64,000 nt of DNA from positions 1,246 through 65,245 of the forward strand of contig NZ_JAZHDB010000091.1 of assembly GCF_036584575.1 (NCBI RefSeq). The letters run 5' to 3'. Below, piece by piece: positions 8,391 through 15,839 of the stretch. A program made the position numbers and the translations under genes. How positions within the stretch are numbered: position 1 is the stretch's first letter; every line of letters starts with the position of its first letter. The notes under the pieces were generated by a model that was not told the DNA's origin, did no database searches, and saw only the letters and a program-made list of their open reading frames with translations. This stretch comes from Desulfolutivibrio sp. (GTDB taxonomy: Bacteria; Desulfobacterota; Desulfovibrionia; Desulfovibrionales; Desulfovibrionaceae).

Positions 8391-9332
8391 TCAGTCCCGA
8401 TGCGCGGCGTGGCGGTGCGGCCCGTCCCCGGCATGGCTGTGACCGTGATCGTGGTCATGCTCGTGGCTGTGGCTGTGGCCGTGATCGGGGGCATGGTGTG
8501 CGTGATGGTGCATCAGGAGAGGCGGTGTCGCGCCGTCCCCCCTGGGAGCGGGGCATTCGGCGGCCAGGGCGGCGGGCAGGGGGTCGCCCAGAGCGAACAT
8601 CGCGCCATTGGGCACGCCGGGGATGATCCGGCCGCCGTAGGCCCGAACCTGGCGCATAAGCCGCATGGGCGGCCAGGGGCCGAACTGCGGGGCGAAGGCC
8701 CGCAAAAGGGCCGCCGCCGTGGGGGTGACCGTCTCCCCGGCCCCGGGGATGCCGTACACGGGCATGCCCTCAAGCAGGGCCAGGGTGGCCGGGGCGGGCG
8801 TGGACAAAAGGCCGTGGGCGCAGGCCACCACCCCGTCGCTTATGGGCAAGGGGCTGCACACGAAGCGCGACGGATCGATCATGGCGAAAAGCTCGGCGGA
8901 CAGGCACACGTCCAGGATGCTGTCCAGGGCCCCAACCTCGTGGAAGGCCACGTCGTCCACGGCCACGCCGTGCACGGCGGCCTCGGCCCGGGCCAGCTCC
9001 CCGAAGGCCGTAAGCGCCAGTTCCCGGCCGCGCGGCGACAGTCGCCCGGCGGCGAGAAGCCCCCGGATGTCGGCCATGGTGGTGTGGGAATGGGTGTGCG
9101 GCAGCCGGATGTCGCATCCCACCCCGGCGATGCCGGACACGGATGTGTCCACCACGGCCAACGCGCCGTCCAGTTCGGGCAGCCCAAGCCGCGTGACGAC
9201 CTCAGCCAGGGCCGGGGCGTCCAGGTCGGCCAGGCGGACAAGCCCGGCCACGAACATGTCTCCGGAAAGCCCGGACGGGGCGCGCACCACCAGCACGGGA
9301 CCGGCGGCGGCCGCTTGGGCATCATCTTTCAT
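8391..9332 (-). CDS. larC: LarC-family nickel insertase (N-terminal domain only, His-rich tail)
   Basis: SGLSGDM, AEAAVHG, FHEVGALDSILD, CAHGLLSTPAPAT, ETVTPT, terminal poly-His tract. Confidence 0.88.
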   Translation of the reverse strand: MKDDAQAAAAGPVLVVRAPSGLSGDMFVAGLVRLADLDAPALAEVVTRLGLPELDGALAVVDTSVSGIAGVGCDIRLPHTHSHTTMADIRGLLAAGRLSPRGRELALTAFGELARAEAAVHGVAVDDVAFHEVGALDSILDVCLSAELFAMIDPSRFVCSPLPISDGVVACAHGLLSTPAPATLALLEGMPVYGIPGAGETVTPTAAALLRAFAPQFGPWPPMRLMRQVRAYGGRIIPGVPNGAMFALGDPLPAALAAECPAPRGDGATPPLLMHHHAHHAPDHGHSHSHEHDHDHGHSHAGDGPHRHAAHRD

Positions 9333-9978
9333 TGAGAAGCCTGATGATCCGGGCCGCGGCGCAGGCCGCGCCGTAGCCGTTGTCGATGTTTTGCACGCAC
9401 ACCCCCGGGGCGCAACTGGCCAGCATGGCGAAAAGCGCGGTTTGCCCGCCCTCGGCCACCCCGTAGCCCACGGAGGTGGGCACGGCGATGATCGGCTTGG
9501 GCGTCAGCCCCCCGGCCACCGAGGCCAGGGCGGCGTCCATCCCGGCCGCCACGATGACCGCGTCGTGGCTGTTGATCTCGTCCAGGTTCCGGGCGATGCG
9601 CCACAGTCCGGCCACGCCGTTGTCCTCGAAAAGGGTGTTCGGGATGCCCAGGTAGTCCAGGGTCCGGGCGGCCTCATGGGCCACGGGGCCGTCGGACGTC
9701 CCGGCCGAGACCACGGCCACCCGGCCCCGGGCCACGGTCGGCAACACGGCGGTATAGGCCGTGCGCGACAGGGCGTGGTAGTCGGCCAGGGCCCGGACCT
9801 CCGGGGCCAGGGCCGCAAAGACCTCCGGGGCCAGACGGGTGAACAGGAGCGGCGAGGCCCAGGGGCCGCCGTGCTCCCGCATGAGCCCCTCGATGACCGC
9901 CAGGGGCTTGCCCTGGCAAAACACGGTCTCGGGCAGGCCGATGCGCTCCTGGCGGCTGTGGTCGAAAAGAATGCTCAT
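9322..9978 (-). CDS. larB: LarB NaAD carboxylase/hydrolase (PurE-like)
   Basis: R-x-G-LPETVFCQGK, SAGTSD, D-x-GVAGLWR, AGMDAAL, VPTSVGYG, MLASCAPGVCVQNIDNGYGAA. Confidence 0.92.
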   Translation of the reverse strand: MSILFDHSRQERIGLPETVFCQGKPLAVIEGLMREHGGPWASPLLFTRLAPEVFAALAPEVRALADYHALSRTAYTAVLPTVARGRVAVVSAGTSDGPVAHEAARTLDYLGIPNTLFEDNGVAGLWRIARNLDEINSHDAVIVAAGMDAALASVAGGLTPKPIIAVPTSVGYGVAEGGQTALFAMLASCAPGVCVQNIDNGYGAACAAARIIRLLNER

Positions 9979-10811
9979 AAGGTGGTATGGAAGGCCCGGC
10001 CCCGGGCATAGCCCCGGGGGTCCAGGCCGATGGTTGCGATGTCGGGAAAATGCTCCCGGAACTGGCGGCCAAGCTCGGCCACGGCGGCCTCGATCTCCCC
10101 CCGCCGCCCGGCGTCCGAAGCCAGCAGGGACGGGTCCACCTCTATCCGGGCCGTATCGCCGTGGATGCGGCAGCGCACCAGATCGAGCCCCAGGCGGTCG
10201 CGCAGGGCGTCCTCGGCAAAGGCTACGGCGGCCAGGCGCTCCCGGGTGATGGGGGTGCCGGTGTGGATGCGGCTGCCCAGGCACGGCGAGGCCGGGGCCT
10301 CGGCGAAAAAAAGCCCCAGGGCGCGGGCCATGGCCCGGATGTCGGCCTTGGCCAGGCCCGCCTCCACAAAGGGATGGCGCACGCCGAAATCCTTGGCGGC
10401 CAAAAGGCCCGGGCGGTAGTCGGACAGATCGTCCAGATTCGTGCCGCTGGCCACCTCGGCCGCGCCCGTCTCCCGGGCCAGAGCGGAAAGCGTCCGGTAC
10501 AGGGCGGTCTTGCAGTGGTAGCAGCGGTCCACGGGGTTTTCCAGGTAGCGCGGGTCGCGCATCTCCCCGGCGTCCACCCGCTGCACGGTAAAGCCCTCCA
10601 GGCGGGCCGTCTCGTCGAGCCGGGCCGTATCCCCGGCGGGCACGGCCGGACTCGCGGCATGAGCGATCACGGCCCCGGCGCCCAGGGCGCGATGGGCCAG
10701 GACGGACAAAAGCAGGCTGTCCACGCCGCCGCTTGCGGCCACCACGCAGGAGCCGTATCCGGCCAGGACGGAGGCGATGTCTGATGTGTTCATGGATTCG
10801 TTCGAACTCAT
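9975..10811 (-). CDS. larE: LarE ATP-dependent sulfur transferase (PP-loop)
   Basis: SGGVDS, DRCYHCK, GTNLDDLSDYRPG, SPCLGSRI. Confidence 0.9.
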   Translation of the reverse strand: MSSNESMNTSDIASVLAGYGSCVVAASGGVDSLLLSVLAHRALGAGAVIAHAASPAVPAGDTARLDETARLEGFTVQRVDAGEMRDPRYLENPVDRCYHCKTALYRTLSALARETGAAEVASGTNLDDLSDYRPGLLAAKDFGVRHPFVEAGLAKADIRAMARALGLFFAEAPASPCLGSRIHTGTPITRERLAAVAFAEDALRDRLGLDLVRCRIHGDTARIEVDPSLLASDAGRRGEIEAAVAELGRQFREHFPDIATIGLDPRGYARGRAFHTTL

Positions 10812-10822
10812 GGCCCTCAATC

Positions 10823-12493
10823 TCAAGGGAGAAATCCCGGCGGCAGATCGCCCCCGCCGTCGGGATCGGGAAACAGCGGCGGCCCGTGCCCGGCATCGGG
10901 ACGGCGCTTGATGCGCAGGCCCTGGGATTGCCCGGCCTCGCGATATGACCCGGCGGCCAGCCGTAGCGCGCCCATGGGCTCAACCACGATGGCCGGGACG
11001 GCGCTCACCGGACAGTGGCGTTCGCACCAGCCGCAGCCCGTGCACTTGTCCTCGATCACATGGGGCACGGCCACGTCAAGGCCCTCGGCCCGACGAAACT
11101 CCAGGGCGTTGTACGGACAGACCTCATCGCACACGAGGCATTTCCGGTTGAATTCCCAGGCCAGGCACTTGTGGCGCAACACCTGCGCCGTGCCCGTTTT
11201 GGCCCACAACCGCTCGGTCGGGACCAGTCGCCGGATGGCCCCGGTGGGGCATACGTCGCCGCAGGCCGTGCAGTCCGGCTGGCAGCCGCCGCGCCGGGGC
11301 ACGGCCAGGGGCGAAAACAGCCCGGCCGCCCCCGTGGAAAAAAAGGCCGGTTGCAGCATGTTGGTGGGACAGGCCCGCATGCATGCCCCGCAACGCACGC
11401 ACCGGGCCAAAAAATCCGGCTCGGGGACCGCCCCGGGCGGCCGCACGGCCGTGGGCGACAGGGGACGTCCGCCGGAATCGTCGGCGGAGACGCCCTCGGA
11501 GAGTCCCGTCAGCAGCGCCAGCGCCGTCCCGGCGCCCATGACTCCTGCGGCCAGAAACTCCCGCCGCGACGGCAAAACCGGCGCCCGTGAGGCCGCAGCC
11601 CCGGCATGTGGTCCGGTCCAGGGGGTGAACGCGATCACGCCCTCGGGACAGACGCCCAGGCAGGTGCGGCAGACGATGCATTCGGAAAAGACGGTGGTTT
11701 TCGGGTCGGCCGGTATGGCCCCCATGGGGCAGGCCCGGCGGCAGGCCCCGCAGCCGGTGCAGCCCTCCCCCACCCGGCGGACGACGAGCCCCGGACGGCG
11801 GGAGAAAAGGGCGATGATGGCCCCGGCCGGACAGATGTAACGGCACCAGAAGCGGGGATCGCGCCGGGCCAGAAAAAAAAGCGTCCCGAAAAAGACCGCG
11901 ATGAACAACTGCCCGACGAAGCGGTGGCTGGGCAGGGTGGCATAGACCAGGGCCTTGGAGTCCAGGACGCGAAGCAATGGGTCGGCCGCCTCCAGGGCGG
12001 CGCGTGCCCCTAGCTCCGCCGCTGGCAGAACAAAAAGCCCGTACAGCCGGGTGATCAGAGCGAGGGGCGAGACGAAAAAGACCAGGGACACCCCGGATAA
12101 GGCGCTGGCGACGACGCCTGTCAAAACCAGATACTTGATGCGCCGGTGACCGGGGCCGGAGGCTGCGTCGCCGTTACGGGGGGCGCCGGGCCGCCTTTTC
12201 CGGCCCGCAAGCCGCCCGGCCGCGTCCAGGGTGGCCCCCATGGGACAGATGTTGCCGCAAAAGGCCCGGCCGAGAACCAGCCCGGACAGGGCCACAACAC
12301 CGGCCAGCCACAGGGATGCGGCCAGAGCCCGGGCCGCGATGTCCACGCCAAGGACCAGAACCGGATCGAGCCGCAAAAAGAACCGGGCCAGGGTCGCGCC
12401 GGGTCCGGTCATCCCGGAATCCCGGGCCAGGGCCCACACGGCGATGACAAAAAGCCCGAGGCTTGCCGTCTGCACGGCCCGTTTGAGAACCAT
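10823..12493 (-). CDS. membrane polyferredoxin (NapH-like N-half fused to NapG/MauM-like C-half)
   Basis: GRAFCGNICPMG, RFWCRYICPAG, several CxxCxxCxxxCP motifs, internal SRREFL, RPPGA...FLARCVRCGACMRACP. Confidence 0.88.
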   Translation of the reverse strand: MVLKRAVQTASLGLFVIAVWALARDSGMTGPGATLARFFLRLDPVLVLGVDIAARALAASLWLAGVVALSGLVLGRAFCGNICPMGATLDAAGRLAGRKRRPGAPRNGDAASGPGHRRIKYLVLTGVVASALSGVSLVFFVSPLALITRLYGLFVLPAAELGARAALEAADPLLRVLDSKALVYATLPSHRFVGQLFIAVFFGTLFFLARRDPRFWCRYICPAGAIIALFSRRPGLVVRRVGEGCTGCGACRRACPMGAIPADPKTTVFSECIVCRTCLGVCPEGVIAFTPWTGPHAGAAASRAPVLPSRREFLAAGVMGAGTALALLTGLSEGVSADDSGGRPLSPTAVRPPGAVPEPDFLARCVRCGACMRACPTNMLQPAFFSTGAAGLFSPLAVPRRGGCQPDCTACGDVCPTGAIRRLVPTERLWAKTGTAQVLRHKCLAWEFNRKCLVCDEVCPYNALEFRRAEGLDVAVPHVIEDKCTGCGWCERHCPVSAVPAIVVEPMGALRLAAGSYREAGQSQGLRIKRRPDAGHGPPLFPDPDGGGDLPPGFLP

Positions 12494-13500
12494 CACACCG
12501 CCACACGGCTCTCGCGCAGGTTTTCCACATCCATGCGTCCCAGCCCCCTTTCGTGGGCCAGGGCGATGTGCCTGACCTGCCTGGGCGCAAACCGCCTGCC
12601 GTACCATTCGGACAACAGCACGGCCCGGGCGTCGGCGGCCACGGGATCGCGAGAGGCGATGACCGTGTCCAGCACGTCCACCTTGCCCGGCCCGCCGGGA
12701 CCGTTGGTGGTCAGGACGCGGGTGGCGTCCACCACCGCCAGGGCCGGGCGCAACAGCGAGACCAGATCCACGATGGCCACGTTCAGGTCATGCCGGGAGT
12801 GCATGACGCTGCGATCAAAGATGAGCCCCATGAGGTTTTTCATGGACAGGGACACCCCGGCCGAGGAATGGGATTTGGCCACGGGCGCGGAGATGAGCAC
12901 GTCGGCGTCGAGCACGTCGGCCATGACCCGGGTGGATTTCATGGACACCCCCAGGGGGATGGCCGCCTCACGGTAGAACCGGGCGTCGCCCAGGGCCTGG
13001 ACCATGCCAGGTTCCACGGATTCGCAGGCGGCGGCCACCCCGGACTGTTCCAGACAGGCCGTGCGGTCGTAGAGGGTGTGGTCCAAGATCATAATCCGGG
13101 AGGCCCCGGCCTCGCGGCACATGACGGCCAACTCCCGCACCACCTCGGGATGGGTGGTGGTGGCGGCCTCGGGCGGGTTGGGAAAGGAGATGTTGGGTTT
13201 GATGACCACCCGGTCGCCTGGCTTGACGAAGGCCGCCATGCCGCCCAGAAGCTCCACGGCGGCCCGGGTGGCGGCGGCGGGACGTCCCGTGGCCAGGGCG
13301 ATGTCCGGCCCGGCCTCGGCCAGGGCGTCACGCGGCAGGACGAGATTCCCCACATCAAGGATTCCGGCGGCCCCGGCCGCAAGATACAGCGCCCCACGCA
13401 TCTGCCGCTTGAGAAACTCCCGGCGGGAGACGGCTCCGTCAGGGCGCGGCAGGCACGAAAATCCATGCCCCGGACCATGGTGTGGAAAACGCACCTTCAT
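12493..13500 (-). CDS. DUF362-domain protein with Tat signal
   Basis: SRREFLK plus h-region; VKPGDRVVIKPN, TTHPEVV, PVAKSH, SLSMKNLMG, ASRDPVAADA. Confidence 0.88.
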   Translation of the reverse strand: MKVRFPHHGPGHGFSCLPRPDGAVSRREFLKRQMRGALYLAAGAAGILDVGNLVLPRDALAEAGPDIALATGRPAAATRAAVELLGGMAAFVKPGDRVVIKPNISFPNPPEAATTTHPEVVRELAVMCREAGASRIMILDHTLYDRTACLEQSGVAAACESVEPGMVQALGDARFYREAAIPLGVSMKSTRVMADVLDADVLISAPVAKSHSSAGVSLSMKNLMGLIFDRSVMHSRHDLNVAIVDLVSLLRPALAVVDATRVLTTNGPGGPGKVDVLDTVIASRDPVAADARAVLLSEWYGRRFAPRQVRHIALAHERGLGRMDVENLRESRVAV

Positions 13501-13555
13501 GTCGCACGCCTCCTGCGGGCTGCGCCTGTCCGCGCCCTGCCCGATGGGAAAGAAC

Positions 13556-13984
13556 CTATCTGGCCGCAGCCGACGCCTGCTCCATGACGCTGACGGCGTG
13601 ATCCTCGACCACGGCGACCAGTTCCGCCACGTAGTCCTTGTCCCCGGTCTTCTCGAAGACATATTCCCGAAACGGCTCCAAAAGGGTGGAGCAGGCGGCG
13701 CAGGCGTCCGTGGCCGCCTCGGGCCGGTAGGGCTTTTTCCCGGCCTGGGCCGAGACGAAGGCGGCATAGGCGCAGTCCAAAAAAGGCTTGACCCGGGCCA
13801 GAAGCGCCGCGTCCTGGCCGCCGGGGGCCGTCGCCGCCGGGGCGGCCATTGAAGGCGCCCCGCCCGATACTCCCGCCGACGTGGTTTTTCCGGCCTGGCA
13901 TCCCCACATCCCGGCCAGGCAAAGGGCCGCCATGACGGCCAGGGCCGCCCGGCGCAGAGGGCTTTGGCGCTGAGGCATGTCCAT
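13556..13984 (-). CDS. putative lipoprotein
   Basis: RRAALAVMAALCLAGMWG-C signal and lipobox-like Cys; CAAC motif. Confidence 0.65.
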   Translation of the reverse strand: MDMPQRQSPLRRAALAVMAALCLAGMWGCQAGKTTSAGVSGGAPSMAAPAATAPGGQDAALLARVKPFLDCAYAAFVSAQAGKKPYRPEAATDACAACSTLLEPFREYVFEKTGDKDYVAELVAVVEDHAVSVMEQASAAAR

Positions 13985-13989
13985 CCCCC

Positions 13990-14253
13990 CTATTTCGAGC
14001 CGGACAGACATCCGGCCAGCTTGGCCGCCTGCCCGGGGGCGGCGGCGGATAAGACGACTTCCAGGGTTTTGCGGCCGAGTTTTTGGCCGGTCTTGGTCAC
14101 TTCGCGGGCGCTGGGGGTCTTGGCGAATTTCATGACCACCACCTCGCCCGTCAGGGGATTGGTGATGTCCTTCTCCGCCCGGGCCTCAAGCGCCCCCACG
14201 GCCAGGATCAGAAACGCCGCCGCGACGGCGAAAAAAAACGGGGTGATTCGCAT
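13990..14253 (-). CDS. small exported hypothetical protein
   Basis: signal peptide ending ARA; AAGGAGA RBS. Confidence 0.6.
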   Translation of the reverse strand: MRITPFFFAVAAAFLILAVGALEARAEKDITNPLTGEVVVMKFAKTPSAREVTKTGQKLGRKTLEVVLSAAAPGQAAKLAGCLSGSK

Positions 14254-14287
14254 GGATCGTTCTCCTTACGCCTGAAGGGCCGTTTTT

Positions 14288-14956
14288 TCAGCATCCGCCG
14301 CCGACCTGGGGATCGGCGGGAGCGGGCGAGAGATTTTTGAAAACATCGCCGACCGCCGACGGCGTCGCCTCCGGCGCCCCCATGGCCTTGCCGCGCTCCT
14401 TGGACACGCTTGTACCCGCAGGCGCCTCCACCGTGGCCCCGAACTCCCTGTCCGTAACCAGGGCCGGGCCGCCGGACAGCACGGAGACCTGCCCGGAACC
14501 GGCCGTGACGGAAATCCCCAGGTCCGTGCCGCGCACCCCGATGTCCAGAAGCGGGGTCTGCACCTTGAAGCTCTCGGGGCGCTTCTGGGCCATTTTTCCG
14601 GTGATGAACCGGAAAACGCCCACGGAACCGGTGAAGAGCATGGCATTTTTCCCGGGGGGGTTGTCGTAGGCGTAGACATAGTCCGCCAGCGCAAGCGCGC
14701 TCTCGGCGTCCATGACCAAAAGGGATTGGTCCAAAAACTGGAACTGGGCCCGGGAGGCCTTGCCCGTATGCAGCACATCGGCCCGGTAGACGCAGGCCGT
14801 GGGGGTCAGCAGGCGCGCGTCCCCCCCGGGGCCGCGGGCCTCGACCGTTCCGGCCACGTGCTGGGCATGCCCCACCGGGCCGGATTCCTGAGCGCGCGCC
14901 GTCGGGCAGAAAAAAAAGAGAAACACCAGACAACACGCCGCCGCAGGAGTTCTCAT
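14288..14956 (-). CDS. exported FecR-domain protein
   Basis: signal peptide; D-x-L-x-TG...F-x-D-x-S, GVFRFITG, VQTP...IGVRGT. Confidence 0.8.
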   Translation of the reverse strand: MRTPAAACCLVFLFFFCPTARAQESGPVGHAQHVAGTVEARGPGGDARLLTPTACVYRADVLHTGKASRAQFQFLDQSLLVMDAESALALADYVYAYDNPPGKNAMLFTGSVGVFRFITGKMAQKRPESFKVQTPLLDIGVRGTDLGISVTAGSGQVSVLSGGPALVTDREFGATVEAPAGTSVSKERGKAMGAPEATPSAVGDVFKNLSPAPADPQVGGGC

Positions 14957-15227
14957 CGCTAAATCCCCCTTGGGAAGGACGTGAAACGACGTTTGGCGAA
15001 GACCGCCGCCATCGCGGGAGGATGGCGTACGGCGCGGCCGAGACAAGCCCACGGCCCATCTGTATCATTTTCTTTACAGGTATTCGTCCTGCCGCGTCAA
15101 TGAAAACGGCCTATGCGGCACGGACGTCGGCACGGCGAACTCCGCGCCGGATATGGCGTTTCCCGCATTCTTCGGTTCCGGGCGGTTCCGGCCGGACACC
15201 CTTTCCAAACCGCACCCTGCACATGTC

Positions 15228-15244
15228 TGCACTTTAAACGTGCA
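15228..15244. promoter_or_regulatory. palindromic operator, NtrC-family-like box
   Basis: TGCAC-N7-GTGCA, with additional TGCAC half sites nearby. Confidence 0.4.
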
Positions 15245-15360
15245 ACAATCTGCACAAATAATCCTCCGAGATGGTAAAAAAAGAAGACAAATCCCGGCAG
15301 AATGTGGAAAATGCACAAAGGCACGTTTCTTGATGGAGGGGTTTGTCCCGGCTGACGAAC

Positions 15361-15393
15361 GAAAAAAGGGACGCAGCAACAAACCGCGTCCCT
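15361..15393 (-). terminator. terminator after tRNA-Arg(CCT)
   Basis: AGGGACGC...GCGTCCCT stem with A run on the + strand. Confidence 0.7.
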
Positions 15394-15403
15394 GGGACAT
15401 GCC

Positions 15404-15480
<77 letters not shown>

Positions 15481-15546
15481 ACGAGCCGGAAGGGGCGGCC
15501 GCCAGGCGCAATGCGGCGGCCAGTCTTGACGAAGCCCGAATCTGAT

Positions 15547-15575
15547 ATAGTATTTTTCGTCGCCCTGCTTGTCAA
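15547..15575 (-). promoter_or_regulatory. sigma70 promoter for tRNA-Arg(CCT)
   Basis: TTGACA-N17-TACTAT on the minus strand. Confidence 0.7.
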
Positions 15576-15674
15576 GATGGCGGCGACGGCTGAGGCCCCG
15601 GCGGCGCTAAAGCGCGCCAAAAAACGGCCTCCCGCGACGACTCCGCGACAGGTGTGGCGTCCAGGCGGGGCCGG

Positions 15675-15703
15675 TTTACAAGACCGGGAGTGGCGTATAA
15701 AAT
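15675..15703 (+). promoter_or_regulatory. sigma70-type promoter for degP
   Basis: TTTACA-N17-TAAAAT. Confidence 0.6.
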
Positions 15704-15839
15704 TTCTAATCGCCGGTGCGCCACGCGCCCTGTCCGGGGATATCCCCCGGACATGCCCGATGCGCGAACGCACCCGCAGGCCCCGGCGCATCCCCTTTGC
15801 GGGGGCATGAGAACACGCCGCGCGGCCCAGGAGAACCAC

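Noticed and set aside
9322-10983. 553-aa ORF suggesting an N-terminally extended LarB
   Set aside because: The extension is an off-frame overlap of larE; LarB similarity begins at ATG 9978.
1703-15403. Region between two convergent tRNA-Arg genes as one genomic island
   Set aside because: Mostly host-like GC and codon usage, contains acs, and shows no integrase or duplicated tRNA end.
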